From contig CAIVNC010000005.1 of the NCBI GenBank assembly GCA_903907165.1, forward strand, positions 1 to 43,713: a stretch of 43,713 bases of DNA. The letters are read 5' to 3'. The position numbers and the translations under genes were made by a program. This stretch comes from Candidatus Buchananbacteria bacterium (GTDB lineage Bacteria; Patescibacteriota; Patescibacteriia; 2-01-FULL-39-33). The notes beneath the pieces are model-generated. The model saw nothing but the letters and a program-made list of their open reading frames with translations. It was not told the DNA's origin and did not search any database. Positions 17,179 through 24,767 of the stretch are shown here, piece by piece; the first letter of the stretch is position 1; each line of letters opens with the position of its first letter.

Positions 17179-17979
17179 ATGAAACTGCTCATTGCCGTTC
17201 TGATGATTGTCATAGCCATCTCGGTCTCTCCGAGCTTGGCTGGCAATCTTCAACAGCAGTACGCTTGGGACATCGAAACCTCAAGCGGTTGGCAGTCAAC
17301 TGGCATCACCTCCGACACTCTGAGAGCCCCCACCGACAAAGTGGGGGCAATCAGAGTCAGGCAAACAGTCATTGCAATGATCGATGGCAATGTCGTGGCT
17401 TCAACCTCAACCATCTTGAATTATCAAGTGCTTGATGTTAATGTCACTCGGCCATTCTTCATCGTCCAACCAGAAAGCCAAGTCAGCGGTCAGAATCAAA
17501 CCGTGATGCTTGTCTCTCTGGCCACCGGAACCCTGCCAATAAGTTACCAATGGCAGAAAAACGGTCTGGACGTAGCCGGAGCCAATCAAAACACTCTGAC
17601 TATTGCAAGCGTCCAAGAAACAGACACCGGAAACTACCGATGTATGGCCAGTAACTCCGGTGGCTCGATCTTGTCGGACTGGGCCAGTCTGACCCTACTT
17701 ATCAACACCACTATCACCGCCCCGACTTTGAACTTTGTCTCGGACTCCCAAGCTATCTGGCTTGGTTCGCCGGCACTGCTTCATTGTCAGGCTAGTGGTG
17801 GCAATCTGCACTTTATTTGGCTCCGAAATGGCATCCCCATTCCCGGAGCTATCGCCCCAGACTACCTGATTCCAAGTGTCGCCCTCCAAAACGGCGCTCA
17901 GTATCAGTGCTTTTTCTGGAATGACGTCGGAACCAACATCTCCGGCATCATTTATCTGACGATTTTGACGCCAAATTAA
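17179..17979 (+). CDS. Secreted protein D (N2 module + Ig I-set-like domain + C-terminal variant Ig module)
   Basis: RBS AAGGAGG 6 nt upstream. Signal peptide MKLLIAVLMIVIAISVSPSLAG|N. Ig repeat motifs: QPESQVSGQNQTVMLVSLATGTLPISYQWQKNG...DTGNYRCMASNSGG. The C-terminal module ASGGNLHFIWLRNGIPIPG...GAQYQCFFWN is paralogous to the C-terminus of gene E. Confidence 0.85.
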   Translation: MKLLIAVLMIVIAISVSPSLAGNLQQQYAWDIETSSGWQSTGITSDTLRAPTDKVGAIRVRQTVIAMIDGNVVASTSTILNYQVLDVNVTRPFFIVQPESQVSGQNQTVMLVSLATGTLPISYQWQKNGLDVAGANQNTLTIASVQETDTGNYRCMASNSGGSILSDWASLTLLINTTITAPTLNFVSDSQAIWLGSPALLHCQASGGNLHFIWLRNGIPIPGAIAPDYLIPSVALQNGAQYQCFFWNDVGTNISGIIYLTILTPN

Positions 17980-18003
17980 ACAAAAAAACGTCAATAATCA
18001 TTC

Positions 18004-18046
18004 GCGACCAACAAACCCCTAAAAAGGTTTCTTGGTCGCTTTTTTT
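18004..18046 (+). terminator. Rho-independent terminator of the B-C-D unit
   Basis: GCGACCAAcAAACC (18004-18017) pairs with GGTTTcTTGGTCGC (18026-18039), followed by T7. The stem ends (GCGACCA...TGGTCGC) resemble the terminator of gene E. Confidence 0.8.
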
Positions 18047-18264
18047 ATCTAAATTTAGATAAAATAACCAATTACTATTGACAAAAATCAAAATGTGTGC
18101 TATTCTTATCAATTAAATCAGAAAAGCCTTTGATTTAAGGAACTTTGAAAATTGAAAGTAATATGGCCCAAAAGCCTTAAAATATAAAGAAAAGATAAGT
18201 TAACCTGGACTCCCCTAGGGAGACCTTACCTTAGCTCAGGGCAAAAGCCCAAAGGAGTAGTATC
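18047..18264 (+). promoter_or_regulatory. Regulatory cassette copy 3
   Basis: Perfect palindrome ATCTAAATTTAGAT (18047-18060). TTGACA (18078-18083), 17 nt ending TGc, TATTCT (18101-18106). GGAACTTTGAAAATTGA (18139-18155). AGATAAGTTAA (18193-18203). Hairpin CTCCC-CTA-GGGAG (18210-18222). AAAGGAG (18251-18257) 7 nt before the ATG at 18265. Confidence 0.6.
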
Positions 18265-20115
18265 ATGAAAAAGTTGATCCTCGCAGTATCAGTTTTCTGT
18301 TTGTTGTTGACATCGGTCTTCGCCGAACCCCTCATTTTCTTTACCGTCCCCCAAGACGGTGTCACATCGTTCAGTTTCAATGCCAACGGCGCCACCATGG
18401 CCAATACTCTGGTTAATCCGCCCGTCGGCAAAAACTGGGCTGACGTACATGAAATGGGAATTCTCTGGATGTTTCCGAATAACGCCCCCTGGGGAGTATT
18501 CGAAACCACTCCTATTTCCTTGACTTACGGAAACGTCTCCAACTTTACAGTCAACATGATTGGAAGCGGAGTCAATTACAATGGGACTTCCGTGTCGTTC
18601 ACAATTTCTCCTTCTCTCGCGGGAAGTCTGAAGTTGAACGCGTACGCTGTCATCGACAATGTCAAGTATTATTTTGACACCACAAAAGTTATTGGCAACT
18701 ATGACGGCGCGCCCATGACCAAGCTCATGGATCTCCAAAACTGGGACTGGGCGACGCAATCACCGATTGCACCACAAATCGTTCAGCAGCCGACGAGCCA
18801 GACCCTCTATCCGGGAGAAATAGCCACCTTTACAGTCGTGGCAACCGGATCTGGCAGCCTGTCTTATGAGTGGGCAAAAAATGGAGAGAAACTGGATGGC
18901 GCAAGTTCATCTTCGCTAAATGTTTTTTACAGCTCCGCCGTTAATGGTGATAAGTATCGTTGTATCGTCACTAATTCTGCCGGAACTATTACATCTAATG
19001 AGGTTGAGCTGACGGTGGTGGCAATACCCGGGAAACCGACGATTACTCAGCAACCAACCACCAATACTGTCGTTCTTGGAAATCAGGCAGTATTCATGGT
19101 TTCAGCAACTGGCAATGGAACTCTGAGTTATCAATGGTTCAAAAACGGTGCCGAAATAATTGGAAGAACAACTTCAACTCTGGTCATTACTAACTCTCAA
19201 CTTAGTGATGCCGGCTTGTACTATTGTTCTATCACCAATAAAACTGGCGCCGGAGTAATGTGGGAAAACTCAATTGAAGTTTCCCTGATCGTCAATGAGG
19301 CTGCAAACGCGCCTCAGATAACAACTCAACCGAGCGACATACTCGCCATCGCCGGAGAGTCCAAAGTAATATTTACCGTTGTGGCCACGGGCAATGGCGT
19401 CCTGACCTACCAATGGGCAAAGGGCGAAAACAATATCGCCGGAGCAACCAGCTCCACCTTGGCTTTTCCCAATGTCCACCTGGATGATGCCGGGCAATAC
19501 AGTTGTGCCGTCACCAACACAGTTGGAACATCGGAACTCTCCGTAATGTCCAATAAGGCAAATCTGACTGTGGTTTCTCCAATCATAATCACACAGCAGC
19601 CGGTAAACCAAACGGTGACCATCGAGCAAGACGCGGTTTTTACCATTGCCGCCACCGGTCCCGGAACACTGAGTTATCAATGGTATTGGGATAGCGTACA
19701 GATCCCTGGCGCTACAAGCTCAACGTTGACAATCAATCACGTTGAGTATAAAGCGGCGCCGAGCACAGTTTACTGCGTCGTTTCAAATCAGTATCAGGGT
19801 GTCGGTTCTAATTCGGCAACTCTGACAACGACACCGCCGGCCGAAACCACCCCAACCATCGAGTTGGTCTCGCCGTCCCGAGCCATCAATCTCGGCGACA
19901 CAATCACCCTGTCGGTGATTGCGAGCGGTGGAAATCTTCAGTACCTGTGGCTCCGTAATGGCATTCCCATTGCCGGAACTGCGAACCCTGACCTCACCAT
20001 CACCAACGCGGTGCTGAGAGACGGAGCACAATATCAATGTTTTGTCTGGAACAGTTCCCACCCGCTGGGAACCATGACCCAGATCATTTATGTAACCGTT
20101 CTGACACCCCAATAA
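18265..20115 (+). CDS. Secreted protein E (N1 module + four Ig I-set-like repeats + C-terminal variant Ig module)
   Basis: Signal peptide MKKLILAVSVFCLLLTSVFA|EP. Residues ~21-165 are paralogous to the gene A N1 module. Four ~85-aa repeats (about residues 170-252, 257-343, 349-436, 439-522) carry QP.sq....G..a.F.V.ATG.G.LsYQW.KNG..i.GATSStL........DAG.Y.C.vtN..G. The C-terminal module (530-616) is paralogous to the C-terminus of D. Confidence 0.9.
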   Translation: MKKLILAVSVFCLLLTSVFAEPLIFFTVPQDGVTSFSFNANGATMANTLVNPPVGKNWADVHEMGILWMFPNNAPWGVFETTPISLTYGNVSNFTVNMIGSGVNYNGTSVSFTISPSLAGSLKLNAYAVIDNVKYYFDTTKVIGNYDGAPMTKLMDLQNWDWATQSPIAPQIVQQPTSQTLYPGEIATFTVVATGSGSLSYEWAKNGEKLDGASSSSLNVFYSSAVNGDKYRCIVTNSAGTITSNEVELTVVAIPGKPTITQQPTTNTVVLGNQAVFMVSATGNGTLSYQWFKNGAEIIGRTTSTLVITNSQLSDAGLYYCSITNKTGAGVMWENSIEVSLIVNEAANAPQITTQPSDILAIAGESKVIFTVVATGNGVLTYQWAKGENNIAGATSSTLAFPNVHLDDAGQYSCAVTNTVGTSELSVMSNKANLTVVSPIIITQQPVNQTVTIEQDAVFTIAATGPGTLSYQWYWDSVQIPGATSSTLTINHVEYKAAPSTVYCVVSNQYQGVGSNSATLTTTPPAETTPTIELVSPSRAINLGDTITLSVIASGGNLQYLWLRNGIPIAGTANPDLTITNAVLRDGAQYQCFVWNSSHPLGTMTQIIYVTVLTPQ

Positions 20116-20134
20116 GCGCAGAACGGCCAACCCT

Positions 20135-20180
20135 GGCGACCACAGGATCTTCTCACGAAGATTCTCTGGTCGCCTTTTTT
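20135..20180 (+). terminator. Rho-independent terminator of gene E
   Basis: GGCGACCAcAGGATCTTC (20135-20152) pairs with GAAGATTCTcTGGTCGCC (20157-20174), followed by T6. Confidence 0.8.
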
Positions 20181-20193
20181 CTTTACCAAAAAA

Positions 20194-20218
20194 CCGGCAA
20201 ATTATGCCGGTCTTTTTT
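20194..20218. terminator. Bidirectional hairpin terminator between gene E and gpmI
   Basis: CCGGCA (20194-20199) pairs with TGCCGG (20205-20210), flanked by an A-run upstream and a T-run downstream. It can serve the convergent gene E and gpmI transcripts. Confidence 0.6.
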
Positions 20219-20233
20219 ATTTCAATTTTATTT

Positions 20234-21820
20234 TTATAACAAGCTTCTACCTGTCATTTCTTCTGGCTGTGGCAAACCCATGACTTTTAAAATCGTCGGC
20301 GCCACATCAGATAAAATTCCAGCCGGTTGAACCAAACTAAGATCAGAACCAATACTATCTGAAACACCGGCATTTTTACCTTCCCATTGCTTACCAATAG
20401 CGATGAACGGCACGGGATAAGTACTGTGTTCTTTGTCCACCTTTCCTGATTGTAAATTTAATAATTCTTCAGCATTACCATGATCCGCGGTAATAAAAAC
20501 TACTCCACCCTTGGCAAGCGTTGTTTCCGTTAGTTGCTTAACGCAATCATCAATCACCTCACAAGCTTTGACTGTAGCTTTTAAATTTCCCGTATGAGCA
20601 ACCATATCACCACCAGCATAATTAACTACCACAAAATCATATTTATCAGCCATTATCGTTTCCAAAATTTTCTTGGTTACTTCCTTGGCTGACATTTCTG
20701 GTTTTTCATCATAAGACTTAACTCTAGGTGACGCCACCAAAATACGATCCTCACCAGTAAACTGCTCTTCACGGCCACCATTAAAAAAGAAAGTGACGTG
20801 AGCGTATTTTTCTGTTTCGGCAGCGTGAAGCTGAGTCAGTCCGGCTTCAGAAATTACCCGAGCCAAAGGATACTGAATATTTTCTGTTGGGTATGCAGTT
20901 TCAACCGGTAAATCTTTTTCATATTCCGTCATTCCCACAAAATATAAATCTTTCAAATACTCTCTAGGAAATTTATCAAAACCAGGAAGTACCATGGCTT
21001 TGGTAATTTCTCTAGCGCGATCAGAACGGAAGTTGAAAAAAATCATGGAGTCGCCATCACTGACCTTTCCAACCGGTTGACCATTTTCAGTTATCACGGT
21101 CGGGACAACTTCCTCGTCGTAAATTTTTTGATCATAAGAAGCCTTGACTGCTTCGGCCGGATTATCAAAAGTTTTCTCGGCTTCGCCCTTTACAATGGCA
21201 TTGTATGACAAAGCAATACGTTCCCAGTGATTATCACGATCCATACCGTAAAATCTTCCAGCCAATGAAGCGATTTTTATTTCAGGAACTTTTTCTAATT
21301 TTTGTTGTAATTTTTCGACCAAATCAATGCCAGAATTAAATGGCATATCGCGGCCATCGAGGAAACCATGAATAAAAACTTTTTTTAGTTTTTGCTTTTG
21401 ACAAAATTCCACCAAAGCGTAAAGATGTTCCATCGATGAATGAACGCTGCCAGAAGAAAATAAACCCATGATATGCAAAGCTGATTTATTTTTCTTAGCG
21501 TGATCAGCGGCAGCTAGAAATTTTTCATTGGTAAAAAATGATCCGTCAGAAATGCACTTATTAATCTTTGGCAAATTCTGATAAATTAATTTTCCGGAGC
21601 CAAGATTTAAGTGACCAACTTCACTGTTGCCAATTTCACCCCAGGACAAACCAACCGCTTCACCAGAAGCTTGCAGAGTCATGGCAGGATAAGTTTTAAT
21701 CAGATTACTAATAAACGGCGTCTTAGCTAAAGACACGGCGTTACTGCGACTAGGTGGAGCAATACCCCAACCATCAGCAATAATCAGAACTACCGGTTTT
21801 GGTCTTGGATTTTCAGACAT
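20234..21820 (-). CDS. gpmI: 2,3-bisphosphoglycerate-independent phosphoglycerate mutase (copy 1)
   Basis: 528 aa. iPGM motifs: ADGWG, catalytic-Ser motif GNSEVGHLNLG, YAHVTFFFNGG, GGDMVAHTG, ITADHGN. Confidence 0.9.
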   Translation of the reverse strand: MSENPRPKPVVLIIADGWGIAPPSRSNAVSLAKTPFISNLIKTYPAMTLQASGEAVGLSWGEIGNSEVGHLNLGSGKLIYQNLPKINKCISDGSFFTNEKFLAAADHAKKNKSALHIMGLFSSGSVHSSMEHLYALVEFCQKQKLKKVFIHGFLDGRDMPFNSGIDLVEKLQQKLEKVPEIKIASLAGRFYGMDRDNHWERIALSYNAIVKGEAEKTFDNPAEAVKASYDQKIYDEEVVPTVITENGQPVGKVSDGDSMIFFNFRSDRAREITKAMVLPGFDKFPREYLKDLYFVGMTEYEKDLPVETAYPTENIQYPLARVISEAGLTQLHAAETEKYAHVTFFFNGGREEQFTGEDRILVASPRVKSYDEKPEMSAKEVTKKILETIMADKYDFVVVNYAGGDMVAHTGNLKATVKACEVIDDCVKQLTETTLAKGGVVFITADHGNAEELLNLQSGKVDKEHSTYPVPFIAIGKQWEGKNAGVSDSIGSDLSLVQPAGILSDVAPTILKVMGLPQPEEMTGRSLL

Positions 21821-21846
21821 ATTTATAATTAATCCTTGATTACTAA

Positions 21847-23403
21847 TTATTTAATCAGACTTTTCCCTGTCATTAGTTTGCTTTTTTTGATGCCAAACAA
21901 TTCTAGAATTGTCGGGGCAATATCCGCTAATTTTCCACCGCTTTTCCTTAAAACCTGATGACCAGCGAACTCTTTGCCTATCAACATGAACGGCACTAAA
22001 TTATCAGTATGCTCAGTAATAACCTCACCCGTTTTAGGATTTAGCATGTAGTCTATATTACCATGATCGGCGGTAATTATCAAGATCCCCTTTTTCTTCA
22101 AAACATCTTTAGTAATTTTTTTAACATAACTATCGAGAATCTTAATTGTCTTCATGGCTGCTTGCATATTGCCCGTGTGGCCGATCATATCCGGACAGGC
22201 AACATTAACACAAATGAAATCAAACTTAGACAATGATGATTTTATCTTGGCATAAATTTTGGCTGTGGACATAGCTGGAGTTTTGGCATAATTATCAACA
22301 TGGGGCGAAGAAACCAAAATTCTTTTTTCACCATCAACGCAATCAGAGTAACCACCGTTAAAAAAGAAGGTCACGTGAGCATACTTTTCAGATTCTGCAA
22401 TGTAAACTTGGCGCCGACCAGAAAGTAAAAACGGCAAGGTCTCCTTGATGTCTTCAGACGGATAAGCGCTAAGAATACTATCAAGGTCAGGACCAAAATC
22501 AGTCATGGCAACATATACAATATTCTGCAAAACTTCTCGTCGCCTCTTGGCACCGGGATTTTTCTTTTCGAATTGAGACTGAACGAAAGGCTTAGTCAGT
22601 TGCCTGGCACGATCAGATCGTAAATTAAAAAATATAATAGCGTCGTTGTCGCTTATTCTCTCAATCATCTTGCCATTTTCATAGAGAACAATCGGTTCAA
22701 TAAATTCATCGGTGATATTGGCATTGTACGCGCGAGTAATTCCGGCTTGAGGACTGTCAGATTTGTGACCCGTGCCTATTGTCATGGCATCGTAAGCCTG
22801 CAAAGTTCGTCCCCAATCTTTTTTTCTGTCCATAGCATAAAAACGACCAATGACGGTGGCAATTTTTTCATTAGGCAATAAAAATCTTTCTAGAGCCTCA
22901 ATAGATTTGAGCGCCGAACGCGGAGCACTGTCGCGACCATCAGTAAAAAGATGGAGAAAAACTTTTTTGAATTTTTTATCACGAAAAAAAGTCAGCAGTG
23001 CCAATAAATGATCAGGGTCACTATGAGGACTCTGACCATCGGATAACATGCCCATCAAATGAACACTTGATTTATTTTTCTTAGCATGATTTAAGGCAGA
23101 AACAAAAGCTGAATTTTTAAAAAACTCTCCAGTATTAATTTGCTTGGAAATTTTAACCACATCCTGATCCACAACTCGGCCAGCACCAATATTAAGATGT
23201 CCAGCTTCCGAGTTTCCCGGCTGATCTGGCGGCAAGCCAACACATTTACCAGAAGCGCAAAGCTTAGTCCAAGGATAATGATGTTTAAGTGAATCAATAA
23301 AGGGCGTTTTAACGAGATGCATCGGATTGCCTGCATCTTCCTTGCCTATCCCCCAGCCATCGAGAATCAGTAAAACAACTTTTTTATTTTCAGTTTTTGC
23401 CAT
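21847..23403 (-). CDS. gpmI: 2,3-bisphosphoglycerate-independent phosphoglycerate mutase (copy 2, divergent paralog)
   Basis: 518 aa with the same motif set (LDGWG, GNSEAGHLNIG, YAHVTFFFNGG, CPDMIGHTG, ITADHGN). By eye it is only moderately similar to copy 1. Confidence 0.9.
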   Translation of the reverse strand: MAKTENKKVVLLILDGWGIGKEDAGNPMHLVKTPFIDSLKHHYPWTKLCASGKCVGLPPDQPGNSEAGHLNIGAGRVVDQDVVKISKQINTGEFFKNSAFVSALNHAKKNKSSVHLMGMLSDGQSPHSDPDHLLALLTFFRDKKFKKVFLHLFTDGRDSAPRSALKSIEALERFLLPNEKIATVIGRFYAMDRKKDWGRTLQAYDAMTIGTGHKSDSPQAGITRAYNANITDEFIEPIVLYENGKMIERISDNDAIIFFNLRSDRARQLTKPFVQSQFEKKNPGAKRRREVLQNIVYVAMTDFGPDLDSILSAYPSEDIKETLPFLLSGRRQVYIAESEKYAHVTFFFNGGYSDCVDGEKRILVSSPHVDNYAKTPAMSTAKIYAKIKSSLSKFDFICVNVACPDMIGHTGNMQAAMKTIKILDSYVKKITKDVLKKKGILIITADHGNIDYMLNPKTGEVITEHTDNLVPFMLIGKEFAGHQVLRKSGGKLADIAPTILELFGIKKSKLMTGKSLIK

Positions 23404-23451
23404 GAGAAAAATATAAAATTAATGTTTATATTATATCATTTCTAGGACAAC

Positions 23452-23481
23452 AAAAAAAGACGCTCAAATGAGCGTCTTTTT
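23452..23481 (-). terminator. Hairpin terminator after eno
   Basis: GACGCTC (23459-23465) pairs with GAGCGTC (23470-23476), flanked by A7 on the plus strand (U7 on the minus-strand transcript) and T5. It starts 9 nt downstream of the eno stop. Confidence 0.7.
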
Positions 23482-23489
23482 ATATAACA

Positions 23490-24746
23490 CTATTTAGCTT
23501 TCACTTCATCCCAAATTTCCATCAAACGATTATACTTGGCTACGCGTTCACTTCTGCAAAGTGAGCCAGTCTTGATATATTCTGACGAAGAGGCCACGGC
23601 CAAATCGGAGATAAAATCATCAACTGTTTCACCGCTACGATGAGACACGGCAACTTTGTATTTGTGAGCTTGAGCCATCTTGATACAGTCAATCGTTTCG
23701 GTCAAACTGCCAATTTGATTCAATTTGATTAAAATCGCATTGCCGACTTTTTCTTCAATTCCTCTCTCAAGTCTTTTGACATTGGTCACAAACAAATCAT
23801 CGCCGACCAAAGCCATCTTACTACCAAGTTTGGTGGTCAATTTTGCCCAACCTTCCCAGTCGTCTTCAGCTAGACCATCCTCAAGAGACTCAATTGGATA
23901 TTTTTCTGCCCATTTACTATACATGTCCACCATCTGACTAGCATTCAAACTGGTGCGATCAGATTTCATATTATAAAGTCCGCCCTTGTGGAATTCAGAA
24001 GCAGCTGAGTCGATAGCCATCTTCACGTCTTTGCCCAGATTATAGCCGGCATCTTTGACAGCTTGAGCAATTACTTCCATAGCCTGACCATTTCCTCCTA
24101 ATTTTGGAGCATAACCACCCTCATCGCCAACAGTAATTGGGTAACCCTTTTCTTTTAAAATTCCCTTAAGCTCATGAAAAATCTCAGCACCACAACGCAC
24201 AGCTTCTTTAATATTTTTTTGCTGAGGTGTAACCATGAATTCTTGAATATCAATTGACCAACCGGCATGTGAACCGCCATTCATAATGTTCATCATTGGA
24301 ACTGGAAAATGCCACTTCTTATCCTTAGCCCAATATTTTTCTTTCAAATAAGCATACAAAGGCTTCTTCGATGAAATAGCAGCAGCGCGAGCCACGGCAA
24401 GAGAAACTCCCAAGATGGCATTAGCGCCAAGATTGGATTTATTTTCAGTGCCATCAAGCTTAATCATCAAGCCATCGATTTCTTTTTGCTTTTTTGGATC
24501 TAGACCAACAAGCTTTGGAGCAATCTTTTTATTAACATTGGCCACGGCCTTCAACACGCCCTTTCCGCCATAACGCGACTTATCGCCATCTCGTAGTTCG
24601 AGGGCCTCATGAGAGCCTGTAGAGGCTCCGGAAGGCACAGCAGCCCAAGCTTTGTGTCCGTCAGACAGTAAAACCTCAACTTCAACTGTAGGATTTCCGC
24701 GGGAATCCAAGATTTCTCTCGCGGTTACTTTCTTAATTTTTGCCAT
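23490..24746 (-). CDS. eno: Enolase (phosphopyruvate hydratase)
   Basis: 418 aa. Unmistakable enolase sequence (ILDSRGNPTVEV, SGASTG..EA.ELRD, DVAASEF, GDDLFVTN, IKLNQIGSLTET, SHRSGETVD). Confidence 0.97.
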   Translation of the reverse strand: MAKIKKVTAREILDSRGNPTVEVEVLLSDGHKAWAAVPSGASTGSHEALELRDGDKSRYGGKGVLKAVANVNKKIAPKLVGLDPKKQKEIDGLMIKLDGTENKSNLGANAILGVSLAVARAAAISSKKPLYAYLKEKYWAKDKKWHFPVPMMNIMNGGSHAGWSIDIQEFMVTPQQKNIKEAVRCGAEIFHELKGILKEKGYPITVGDEGGYAPKLGGNGQAMEVIAQAVKDAGYNLGKDVKMAIDSAASEFHKGGLYNMKSDRTSLNASQMVDMYSKWAEKYPIESLEDGLAEDDWEGWAKLTTKLGSKMALVGDDLFVTNVKRLERGIEEKVGNAILIKLNQIGSLTETIDCIKMAQAHKYKVAVSHRSGETVDDFISDLAVASSSEYIKTGSLCRSERVAKYNRLMEIWDEVKAK

Positions 24747-24767
24747 GATCTTATTATTTATTTTTAA

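Noticed and set aside
12462-18264. Possibility that the three repeated spacers are a CRISPR-like array or a mobile element
   Set aside because: The repeats are ~220-250 nt, imperfect, separated by 2-3 kb of coding sequence, and made of promoter, leader and RBS parts. There are no cas genes, transposase or terminal inverted repeats.
12715-20115. Diversity-generating retroelement (DGR) target genes, suggested by paralogous segments plus an Avd-like four-helix-bundle gene in the window
   Set aside because: No reverse transcriptase ORF or template repeat is in the window. Differences between the paralogous segments (e.g. 17818-17850 vs 19948-19980: a/t, c/t, c/g, g/a) are not adenine-specific. 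The 4HB gene is 7 kb away inside the hydrogenase locus.
12666-20130. Many long minus-strand ORFs inside the island (e.g. 12666-13094, 13174-13755, 14371-14850, 16834-17253, 17695-17994, 18289-18759, 19270-19680, 19783-20130)
   Set aside because: They are antisense to plus-strand ORFs that have signal peptides, RBSs, repeat structure and terminators. Their translations are low-complexity and R/G/D/H-rich with no starts or RBS context. Long antisense ORFs are expected in GC3-rich coding DNA.
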